A stretch of 64,000 bases of DNA from the human T2T-CHM13v2.0 reference genome, Homo sapiens. The position numbers and the translations under genes are program-made. Shown in pieces: positions 14,040 through 32,004 of the stretch (its first letter is position 1; each line of letters opens with the position of its first letter). The notes beneath the pieces are model-generated. The model ran no database searches. It worked only from the letters and a program-made list of their open reading frames with translations, and was not told the origin of the DNA. The DNA is taken from NCBI RefSeq assembly GCF_009914755.1, contig NC_060933.1, one strand, 5' to 3'.

Positions 14040-16594
14040 TGATATGGTTTGGTTCTGTGTCCCCACCCAAATCTAATCTTGAATTGTACTCCCATAATTC
14101 CCACATGTTGTGGGAGGGACCCAGTGGGAGATAATTTGAATCATGGGGGCGGTTTCCCCCATACTGTTCTTATGATAGAGAATAAGTCTCATGAGATCTG
14201 ACGGTTTTATCTTCATTTTTCTCTCTTGCCACCCGCCATGTAGGAAGGGTCTTTCACCTCCCACCATGATTCTGAGACCTCCCCAGCCATGTGGAACTGT
14301 AAGTCCAATTAAACTGCTTTATCTTCCCAGTCTCAGATATGTCTTTATCAGCAGCATGAAAATGGACTAATACAGTAAATTGGTACCAGCAGAGTGGGAT
14401 GCTGCTGAAAAGTTACCCAAAAATGAGGAAGCAACTTTGGAACTGGGTAATAGGCAGAGGTTGGAACAGTTTGGAGGGCTCCGAAGAAGACAGGAAAATG
14501 TGAGAAAATTTGGAACTTCCTAGAGACTTGTTGAATGGCTTTGCCCAAAATGCTGATAGCGATATGGACAATAAAGTCCAGGCTGAGGTGGTCTCAGATA
14601 GAGATGAGGAACTTGTTGGGAATGGAATCCAAGGTGATTCTTGTTATGTTTTAGCAAAGAGACTGGTGGCATTTTGCCCTGTCCTAGAGATCTATGGAAG
14701 TTTGAACTTGAGGGAGATGATTTAGGGTATCTGGCAGACGAAACTTCTAAGCAGCAAAGCATTTAACAGGTGACTTGGGTGCTGTTAAAGGCATTCAGTT
14801 TTATAAGGGAAGCAGAGCACAAACGTTTGGAAAATTTGCATCCTGACAATGCAATAGAAAAGAAAAACCTTCTCAGCAAACTAACACAAGAACAGAAAAC
14901 CAAACACCACATGTTCTCACTCATAAGTGGGAGTTGAACAATGAGAACACATGGACACAGGGAGGGGAACATCACACACTGGGGCCTGGCGGGGGGTAGG
15001 GGGCTGGGGGAGGGAGAGCATTAGGAGAAATACCTAATGTAGATGATGGGTTGATGGGTGCAGCAAACGACCATGGCACATGTATACCCATGTAACAAAC
15101 CTGCACGTTCTGCACATGTACCCCAGAACTTAAAGTATAATAAAAAAAAAAAAAGAAAGAAAGAAAGAAAAAAGAAAAGAAAAACCTGTTTTCTGAGGAG
15201 AAATTCAAGCTGGCTGCAGAAATTTGCATAAGTGACAAGTAGCCAAATGTTAATCCCCAAGACAATGGGGAAAATGTCTCCTGGGCATGTCAGAAATCTT
15301 CACAGCAGCCCCTCCCATCACAGGCCCGCAGGCCTAGGAGAAAATGGTTTCATGGGCCGGGACCAGGGTTCCCATGCTGTGTCCAGCCTAGGGACTTGGT
15401 GCCCTGCATCCCAGCTGCTCCAGCCATGGCTGAAAGGGGCCAACATAGAGCTTGGGCCATGGCTTCAGAGGATGCAAGCCCCAAGCCTTGGCAGCTTCCG
15501 CATGGTGTTAAGCCTGTGAGTGCACAGAAGTCAAGAATTGAGGTTTGGGAATCTCCGCCTAGATTTCAGAGGATATATGGAAATGCCTGGATGTCCAAGC
15601 AGAAGTTTGCTGCAGGGTTGGAACTCTCATGGAGAACCTCTGCTAGGGCAATGTGAAAGGGAAATGTCCCTACTGGGGCACCACCTAGTGGAGCTGTGAG
15701 AAGAGGGCCAGCATCCTCCAGACCCCAAAATGGGAGATCCACCGACAAATTGCACTGTGTGCCTGGTAAAGCCACAGACACTCATTGCCAGCCCATGAAA
15801 ACATCCAGAAGGGAGGCGGTACCCTGGAAAGCCACAGGGGAGGAGCTGTCCAAGACCATGGGAATTCACCTCTTGCTTCAGCGTGACCTGGATGTGAGAC
15901 ATGGAGTCAAAGGAGATCATTTTGGAGCTTTAAGATTTGACTACCCTGCTGGATTTCAGACTTGCATGGGGACTGTAACCCCTTTGTTTTGCCCAATTTC
16001 TCCCATTTGGAATGGCTGTATTTACCCAGTACCTATATCCGCATTTTATCTAGGAAGTAACTAGCTTGCTTCTGATTTTACAGGTTCATAGGTGGAAGGG
16101 ACTTGCCTTGTCTCAGATGAAATTTTGGACTGTGGACTTTCGGGTTAATGCCGAAATGACTTAAGACTTTGGAGGGACTGTTGGGAAGGCATGTTTTTTG
16201 TGAAATGTGAGGACATGAGATTTGGAGGGACCAGGGGTGAAACTATATGGTTTGGCTCTGTGTCCCCACCCATATCTCATCTTAAATTGTACTCCCATAA
16301 TTCCCACGTTGTGGGAGGGACCCAGTGGGAGATAATTTGAATCATGACAGCAGATTACCCCATACTGTTCTCATGGTAGTAAGTCTCACAAGTTCTGATG
16401 GATTTATCAGGGGTTTCCGCTTTTGCATCCTCCTCATTTTTTTCTCTTGCTGCTGCCATGTAAGAAGTGCCTTTCACCTCCCGCCATGATTCTGAGGCCT
16501 CCCCAGCCATGTGGAACTGTAAGTCCAATTAAACCTCTTTTCCTTCCAAGTCTCAGGTATGCCTTTATCAGCAGTATGAAAATTGACTAATACA
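14040..16594 (+). mobile_element. Full-length THE1(A-like) MaLR provirus: 5' LTR 14040-14374, internal 14375-16242, 3' LTR 16243-16594
   Basis: Two homologous LTRs (tgatatggtttgg ... gactaataca); 5-bp TSD CCATC at 14035-14039 and 16595-16599; internal region starts gtaaattggtacc. Confidence 0.92.
14871..15172 (+). mobile_element. L1PA 3' end nested inside THE1 internal region
   Basis: L1 3'UTR plus A tail; 15-bp TSD agaaaagaaaaacct (14856-14870 / 15173-15187). Confidence 0.9.
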
Positions 16595-16879
16595 CCATCT
16601 AAACTTCCCTAACCCTGGTATCAAAATTTCCTCCCCTAGGAACTGTTTACTGTAACTTGCTATCAAGTTACATCAAACCTTTCTGGGTACTTTTCTATAA
16701 GCTCTCTCATCTGTCTCTTACAACTGACATAAATCTATCATGCCCATATTACAAATCAGAACACTGAAGCCAGGAGGTAAACTCATTCAATGAGTACTAG
16801 ATCTGGGATTCAGATTCAGATGGTCTCAAGCTTTTCCACCCAATGAAAGGACAAAGAATAAGAATAAATGGCTGTGTAT

Positions 16880-17650
16880 CATGAAAAAATGCTCATCATC
16901 ACTGGTCATCAGAGAAATGCAAATCAAAACCACAATGAGATACCATCTCACACCAGTTAGAATGGCAATCATTAAAAAGTCAGGAAACAACAGGTGCCGG
17001 AGAGGATGTGGAGAAATAGGGACACTTTTACACTGTTGGTGGGACTGTAAACTAGTTCAACCATTGTGGAAGGCAGTGTGGCGATTCCTCAGGGATCTAG
17101 AACTAGAAATACCATTTGACCCAGCCATCCCATTACTGGGTATATACCCAAAGGACTATAAATCATGCTGCTATAAAGACACATGCACATGTATGTTTAT
17201 TGCAGCACTATTCACAATACCAAAGACTTGGAACCAACCCAAATGTCCAACAATGATAGACTGGATTAAGAAAATGTGGCACATATACACCATGGAATAC
17301 TATGCAGCCATAAAAAATGATGAGCTCATGTCCTTTGTAGGGACATGGATGAAACTGGAAATCATCATTCTCAGTAAACTATTGCAAGGACAAAAAACCA
17401 AACACTGCATGTTCTCACTCATAGATGGGAATTGAACAATGAGAACACATGGACACAGGAAGGGGAACATCACACTCTGGGGACTGTTGTGGGGTGGGGG
17501 GAGGGGGGAGGGATAGCATGAGGGATATACCTAATGCTAAATGACGAGTTAATGGGTGCAGTACACCAGCATGGCACATGTATACATATGTAACTAACCT
17601 GCACATTGTGCACATGTACCCTAAAACTTAAAGTATAATAATAAAAAAAA
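16880..17650 (+). mobile_element. Young 5'-truncated L1PA (ORF2 C-terminus plus 3'UTR)
   Basis: 184-aa ORF 16881-17435 is the L1 ORF2 C-terminal cysteine-rich domain; perfect 20-bp TSD aagaataaatggctgtgtat (16860-16879 / 17651-17670). Confidence 0.95.
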
Positions 17651-18034
17651 AAGAATAAATGGCTGTGTATGTGCAGCCAGCCCTTGTGAGGGAGCAGGGT
17701 GAGGCAAAGCCTTTAAAAAAATTAAAAAAAAAATGGTAACTTGAATATCTTTGAAACCACTATAAACAGTATTTTATCTTAAAATTTTCATTTACTTCTT
17801 AATATGGACATCTTTGTTTAATGTTTTCCCTAAAATTTTTTGTAAAATTAATACTCAGTGGTGCTGCACAATTTTTATTCTGTGGCCTTATAACTCACCC
17901 AACCCCAAACTTATTGCTGTATACCATCTGAAAAGCAACTCTTTACAGAACATTGTTTAAAGTGGTGAGATCACACCACTGCACTCCAGCCTGGGCAACA
18001 GAGCAAGACCCTGCCTCAAAAGAAAAAAAAAAAA

Positions 18035-18140
18035 GAAAATATTAGCAAACTGAAACCAGCAACATATAAAAAGGATTAAACACCATGACCAAGAGGGATT
18101 TATCCCAAGAATACAAGGTGGTTTTAATATTGAAAAAGCA
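18035..18140 (+). mobile_element. old L1 ORF2 fragment
   Basis: aaaatattagcaaac ... caccatgaccaagagggatttatccca, from the RT region. Confidence 0.7.
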
Positions 18141-18620
18141 ACTGTGGTTAAACGTTATTGCTGTTGCGCTGCTTTATTTAATGCGCTGTGGAACAAAATA
18201 ACGGTATTGTTGGGATGTGATTATAACTCTAGGCTTTTAGCTCTCAAAGTTTGAGGTTAAAAAAATGTTAAAAGATGGGAGTTAAAGTTTATGTGTATGA
18301 TGTGATTTAGCTATGCAGAAAATATTTAAGTTGGATGTACCTGTTTTATGTACATCTACTGTACTTCGTCCCTCAAAGTTTAGTCCTTAATAGTTTCTCA
18401 GTGTTCAGGTTACCTTGAGAAAGGCCATGCTTAGAGAACTGATTTCTCATTTGAGAAATTTTAGTATGGTTTGAAGAAATCAAGTGATAAAGGAGTATGC
18501 TGAATATGCAATAATTTACTTCTACCAAGTGCTGCATTTTAAGAACCTAGATGAAACAAGTAGTCGGTTGGCTTCATTATGTTTTATGTCTTTGAAAGAG
18601 ATGCAGGTCTTGGAATTTGC

Positions 18621-18984
<364 letters not shown>

Positions 18985-19264
18985 TAAAAAAACTGTAGGT
19001 GCTTTTATTTATAATTTGAATGATTTATAAGATGCTAAATGAATTGCTTTTGTACTTAACCATTGTAATCCAAAGGATAAGGGTAGAGTTTACATGCTTT
19101 TCAAAAATTTTTGTTAAGAAATAGCAAATGAATGGTTTAGGATTTCAAATACTGATACCCTCCTGACACATGAGCATTTGGGAAAGTCAAGCACCTAATA
19201 CGACTCATTTAGCATGGGTGAAATTTGATTAAAGATGTTAGAAAATGTTTTTAAAAAGAAAAAG

Positions 19265-19612
<348 letters not shown>

Positions 19613-19845
19613 TCAAGAAGGTAAACCTATACAGACAGAAAGCAGACCAGCAGTTGCCTGGGTCTCAGGGTAGAAGCAGAGATCAAATACAAACAGGGAG
19701 AAGGGAACTTTTGGGGATGGTGGAAATACTCTAAAATTGAGTGGTGGTAACAGAACTATATACTTACGTACAATAAATGAATTTTATAGAATTAAAATTA
19801 TACCTCAATAAAGCATTAAAAAAATCTTGCAAAAATTCCCTTTCA

Positions 19846-23195
<3,350 letters not shown>

Positions 23196-23465
23196 ACTTT
23201 TCAATTCTCTTTGGGTATTACTTACTATCAAATTATCATTATTCCATTTGAGCATTTTAGATTAAGATCTCTCCTATTTCCAAGAAAGCTGGCAGATTGA
23301 ACACACGCATTTATCTTTCTCCAGAATCCCACAAACATGAGACAAATAGGATGAGATGGCAAGAACAAAAAATGGGGTAAGAGATCATAAAATCAAAATT
23401 TTTGGAAGCGGGAATGCACAAGCAAGAATGGTAAGTGACTTAGCTGACTCAAGAAAGCTGAATCC

Positions 23466-23768
<303 letters not shown>

Positions 23769-23911
23769 TTAGCCAGTAGTAGGGAAAGCCAAGGAGCAAC
23801 ATTTTTACCACAGAACCTCCAAATGGTTCAAGAATCGGTAGCATCAGTGAGAGCAGAGACTGCACTAAAAAGGAGGGATTGTTTGAAGAGCTCTTTAAGA
23901 TGCAATTAGAC

Positions 23912-24216
<305 letters not shown>

Positions 24217-24742
24217 AAGATGCAATTAGACTTACAGATCCCCTCACAATTTCACATAGCTGGGCAATTGTCCGTCTCTCATCTAAGACTAGCAGTTTTT
24301 ATTCCCTGCAAAGAGTAAAACAGGGGGTCTCTGGACTAGGGAAACACCAGAGACACAGAGGACTGGAGTACCATATTGTAAACAGGATTAAGCTGGCCTA
24401 TAAACTGAATATTAGCAACCTAGCTTTCTTCTCCCACTTAGTAACCAGAATGCTATTAATCAGGCTTATACACACCCCATCCCAGTAGAAGAATCCTGGG
24501 AGAATCTAACCAGCCAAAGAGCACAGGTCTAAATGTGGCAGGCGGCAAGACTTTCTTCAAAGAAATGGCCCAGTCATTTTAATGAACCTGATAGTCTTCA
24601 ATGCTACCCACGGGTTTTTAAATAACTTTAAATAGGAGCAGACAACCAATGATCACTGAACAAATAAGGAAAGTTTCTAACATGAATATGCTCTATGATT
24701 TCCATAAACTACAGCAAAGGCCATTTTTGAACTTCTTTTACT

Positions 24743-24967
24743 GCCGGGCGCGGTGGCTCACCAACATGGAGAAACCCCGTATCTACTAAAAATACAAAAG
24801 TAGCCGGGCCTGGGGGCGCATGCCTGTAATCCCAGCTGCTGGAGAAGGCTGAGGCAGGAGAATCACTTGAACCTGGGAGGCGGAGGTTGCGGTGAGCAGA
24901 GATTGCGCCGTTGCGCCTGGGCAACAAGAATGAAACTCCGTCTCAAAAAAAAAAAAAAAAAAAAAAA
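24743..24967 (+). mobile_element. Internally deleted AluS(p-like)
   Basis: gccgggcgcggtggctca joined directly to ccaacatggagaaacc; second small deletion before gcctgggc; long A tail. Confidence 0.85.
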
Positions 24968-25277
24968 GGAGAACATAAGGAGAACATACAAACAAAAGAA
25001 ACTTGGAAGAAACCAAGACTAAACGGGATAAAAACTTTTTCTTAATGTTACTATTATCCTCAGAGAGATAAAAGAATATATTTAATCCAAGAAAATAATT
25101 TTATGTTTTTAAAAAGAACAATTAGAACAGCCTGTGGAAATTAAAAATATGATATTAAAATTTAAAACTCCAAAGAGTTGGAAAATTAGGATGAGAAAAA
25201 TCTCCTGGAAAGTAGAACAAAAAGACAGAAATAGAAAATAAGAAAGGGTTACCAAAAAAATATTTAAAAATTAGGCA

Positions 25278-27419
<2,142 letters not shown>

Positions 27420-27799
27420 TCATCTACTTGAAGACCAAGAGCAGAATCATATTATGCTTTGAGAGGGGCACAGGGTAGCCTATTGTTAGGCAAATAGACC
27501 GCAGCAAGATTGTCTAAAACCAAATTCCATTTCATCATTTAGTATCTGTGTAACTTGGTCAAGTGACTTAACCTCTCTAACCTTTGATTCCCTAACTTGA
27601 AAATAGGGTTATTAATTCACAGGGTTACTGTGAGGATGGAACTAATGCCTGGGATTCCACATTATCATTTCCTCGAGCTTTGGAATTCTAATTATAAATT
27701 CTAAAGTCTGAGATTACGGAAAAGCAGATGTGAGAAAGGAATTAAAAGCACCCACTGGAAGCCAGGATGTCTCCTAGGAGGGACTTGCTATTACCTAGC

Positions 27800-28720
27800 T
27801 GCGCAGCAACAGGCAATCGCTTGTCTACAAGTCTCACTTTCCGCGCCTGCACAGTCTCCATCTGCCCTGCCCTTGTACTCACTGGGCCGGGCAAGCTGGG
27901 GAGGCCTAAGCGGACTGGGAAGTTAGGCTTTCCCTCCACTTCACCAGTCGGCTGCCCCTGCGGAAACCGGCCCGACACACCTCGCTCCTAAAGCCAGTTG
28001 CGGTGGTGGTGGCGGTTGGGGCTTTTTTTGGCCACGAGAGGGCAGCATTTCCCCCGGCCAACCACACACGTACCCCTAGCAACCGCAAACCCAGCTGCAA
28101 CAGAACAAAAGACCGAAGTCCTCGAGCTTCCCTTCCATCTTAGGGCTCACGCCGCCCCGGTTAGGTTTCATTAGAGCAGCGGCTTTTCAAGGCTCGTCGG
28201 GCACGGAGGGCGGAGCGAGGGAGCTCTCGCGAGATCGCCGCCGGAAGTGGGTGGTGGCGGGGACGCAGCGGCTCCCTCCCGGAAAGCGAGCGTATCTCCC
28301 GAGCCGTTGCCACTGACAGCCGCGGGCGCTCCCATCTGAGTAAGAGCCAGCCCGTCCGCGGCCTCTCCAGCCCCGGGTTCGCGCTCTCGACTCTCCTGCC
28401 TGCCCAGCTGCGCGGCGGAGCGGAGCGAGGCGCGGCCTGCGAGTCCCCGGCAGCCCCCGACCACTCCCTCGGCGCTGCGTGTAGGCCGCGCCCTCAGGCC
28501 CAGTCCGCGGTGCCCCGGCGGGTGATGCCAAATACAGCCATGAAGAAAAAGGTGCTGCTGATGGGGAAGAGCGGGTCGGGGAAGACCAGCATGAGGTCGA
28601 TAATCTTCGCCAATTACATTGCTCGCGACACCCGGCGCCTGGGGGCCACCATTGACGTGGAACACTCCCACGTCCGATTCCTAGGGAACCTGGTGCTGAA
28701 CCTGTGGGACTGTGGCGGTC
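27800..28720. promoter_or_regulatory. CpG-island promoter of RRAGA (probably bidirectional, also an upstream SAXO1 first exon)
   Basis: Dense CpG; GC box GGGCGG 28208-28213; TCTCGCGAGA palindrome (BANP/ZBTB33-type) 28225-28234; ETS/GABP CCGGAAGT 28241-28248; RFX-like CCCTAGCAAC 28074-28083. Confidence 0.85.
28074..28220 (-). other. SAXO1: Putative alternative non-coding first exon of SAXO1, divergent from RRAGA
   Basis: Minus-strand donor GGG|gtacgt at 28073 inside the CpG island; fits my recollection of a SAXO1 isoform starting next to RRAGA; 5' end approximate. Confidence 0.5.
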
Positions 28721-29466
28721 AGGACACCTTCATGGAAAATTACTTCACCAGCCAGCGAGACAATATCTTCCGTAACGTGGAAGTTTTGATTTACGTGTTT
28801 GACGTGGAGAGCCGCGAACTGGAAAAGGACATGCATTATTACCAGTCGTGTCTGGAGGCCATCCTCCAGAACTCTCCTGACGCCAAAATCTTCTGCCTGG
28901 TGCACAAAATGGATCTGGTTCAGGAGGATCAGCGTGACCTGATTTTTAAAGAGCGAGAGGAAGACCTGAGGCGTCTGTCTCGCCCGCTGGAGTGTGCTTG
29001 TTTTCGAACGTCCATCTGGGATGAGACGCTCTACAAAGCCTGGTCCAGCATCGTCTACCAGCTGATTCCCAACGTTCAGCAGCTGGAGATGAACCTCAGG
29101 AATTTTGCCCAAATCATTGAGGCCGATGAAGTTCTGCTGTTCGAAAGAGCTACATTCTTGGTTATTTCCCACTACCAGTGCAAAGAGCAGCGCGACGTCC
29201 ACCGGTTTGAGAAGATCAGCAACATCATCAAACAGTTCAAGCTGAGCTGCAGTAAATTGGCCGCTTCCTTCCAGAGCATGGAAGTTAGGAATTCCAACTT
29301 CGCTGCTTTCATCGACATCTTCACCTCAAATACGTACGTGATGGTGGTCATGTCAGATCCGTCGATCCCTTCTGCGGCCACTCTGATCAACATTCGCAAT
29401 GCCCGGAAACACTTTGAGAAGCTGGAGAGAGTGGATGGCCCCAAGCACAGTCTCCTTATGCGTTGA
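28525..29466 (+). CDS. RRAGA: Ras-related GTP-binding protein A (RagA), 313 aa, single exon
   Basis: [22 protein letters not shown] (P-loop), DCGGQ (G3), HKMD (G4), C-terminal roadblock domain ending HSLLMR*; uninterrupted 942-nt ORF. Confidence 0.99.
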   Translation: MPNTAMKKKVLLMGKSGSGKTSMRSIIFANYIARDTRRLGATIDVEHSHVRFLGNLVLNLWDCGGQDTFMENYFTSQRDNIFRNVEVLIYVFDVESRELEKDMHYYQSCLEAILQNSPDAKIFCLVHKMDLVQEDQRDLIFKEREEDLRRLSRPLECACFRTSIWDETLYKAWSSIVYQLIPNVQQLEMNLRNFAQIIEADEVLLFERATFLVISHYQCKEQRDVHRFEKISNIIKQFKLSCSKLAASFQSMEVRNSNFAAFIDIFTSNTYVMVVMSDPSIPSAATLINIRNARKHFEKLERVDGPKHSLLMR

Positions 29467-29890
29467 ATATTGCCAAATGCTCTTTCTGAAAATGCTGAAT
29501 TGCCTTTTTTGTTTGCATCCTTTATTTTTAATATTCATAATGTCGTGTGCTTAAAAGTGGGCTTTGAAGTGTGTGCTGCTTACTCCTTTCATCTTTCTCC
29601 CCGCTTCCCCAGTCTTTAAACATTGGACGCTATTTACTCAGCTACCCAGTAGAGCTTGAAGCTGACCTTTCTGAGAAGTTGGTATGGTGTAACACTAAAG
29701 TAGGTGGTTCGTGTGTGTTCTCATTACCTGGTTATGATAGATATGCACATCAAAGCCTTTACCAGTATCTTCCTGTATTCCGTATCAGATTGCAAAGACG
29801 GAATGTTACTATTTTATCAGCAAGGTATTAAAATGCATTTATAAATTCTTCTTGGCTTCATTCATGAATAAACGTGTTAGCAATTTAAAA
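29467..29890 (+). other. RRAGA: RRAGA 3'UTR with poly(A) signals
   Basis: ATTAAA 29827-29832 and AATAAA 29867-29872; cleavage site inferred about 15-20 nt downstream. Confidence 0.8.
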
Positions 29891-30177
29891 CATGGCCTTA
29901 TTTGAAATAACTTGAAAGTGCTTAATATGCAAATCTAAAAATTCTGACTGCCCACAAGTATTGCTTGACTGGCAAATTTGATTCTGTGAATTTAGCCCCC
30001 AGCACTTTAGTGATGTTTGGTAACAGCTGTAGAAGCGCTTATGCTATGGACTGAAGCTAGACCACCTGAGTTAGTATTCTGGTCCCTTCACTTACTAGCT
30101 CTGTGAACATGGGCAAATACTTAATTTCATTACACTTGTTTCCTCATTGGTAAAATGTGGGTCAGAATACTACTTTA

Positions 30178-30483
<306 letters not shown>

Positions 30484-30854
30484 CCACTTGATAGGATGTT
30501 TAAAAGGATTAAATTCAACATGGTAAGTATTTAGGAATGGTGCCTAGCGCATAGCATACTCTGTTAACTACCATTACTACCTACTGAGCCATTCTTCCCC
30601 AAATTACTGGATATGAAACCTATTTGAATATTTGATCCCTTACTAAATGTCAGGTGTTCTTAAGCACTTGTGCATTTATCTTACTGAATCCTCACAACCT
30701 ATGTGGTAGGTTACTTTGATCGCTATTTTAGCAGATGAGCAAACTATGATCTTATTAAGGTCATACAGCTAAACCCAGGCAATCTGACTACTGACTCTCC
30801 TAATCATTACACCCCATTACTTCCATTGAAAAGTTAACCATAAGAGTCATAGCT

Positions 30855-31157
<303 letters not shown>

Positions 31158-32004
31158 CAATTTTTTTTGTTCTTATAACTTGCACAGATCAGCACTGATG
31201 GGTCCTAGCTTTTTAAATGTAGATTATTCCTTCATATAATTCCAAATTTACATAGTGGGTAAGCTGAAGCCCAGGAAGCTAAGTGACCTCCCTCAAGGAA
31301 TAGGGTTTCACTCATTTTGGGCAAGATCACTTTCCCATTTGTATTTCTCTAGAAATTGGATAATACTGAAACAGATTCTTAGATCACCTACTTTTAAGGA
31401 AGGATTCTGAGGTTCCTAATTTGGATTGGCAATGTGGTGTAGTAAAATGGACAAACAGATCTAAAATGTCCCATTCCACTTCCAGCAATAGCTGCCTTAA
31501 GGATTGTTTGAAAAGAAATCTAAGTATTTTAGAGCGAAGAGACCTGTGATCAACTCTAAGCCTTTCATTTTACACTCGAGGTGCTATCTTTGTATGGACA
31601 GTAAACATAAGTGATAGGGCTTTAGAATTTCTAAGGCTTTATAAAATTATTTAATGTTCATTAAACCCTTTCTAGCAGCAGATGTGGATGACGCTACTCA
31701 TGAAGAGTAAGAAGCTATTCAGGTGTAATTTATAAAAATTACCTAATTAGGGCCATTGGCAATACATTAGTATAAAGACTCCAGATGTGAAAACTGACAG
31801 TATAGATATAACCTTAAAAATTCATTTTAAAATACTATATACTGTAAATCTACTAATTAAAATGGAAGTAACAAAATATGTTGACCTGAATCACTGAACC
31901 TCTCAAATTTGTTGATCAGGTTATTAATATAACTTTACATGTGATCATCTTATGATTTGCAGGGGCATAGTTCTTTTTGATATTATATAGGAAATTCCAG
32001 AGCC

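Noticed and set aside
16881-17435. 184-aa ATG ORF
   Set aside because: L1 ORF2 C-terminus in a truncated insertion
28171-29444. Minus-strand ORFs overlapping RRAGA
   Set aside because: Shadow ORFs of a GC-rich CDS and CpG island; no independent coding evidence
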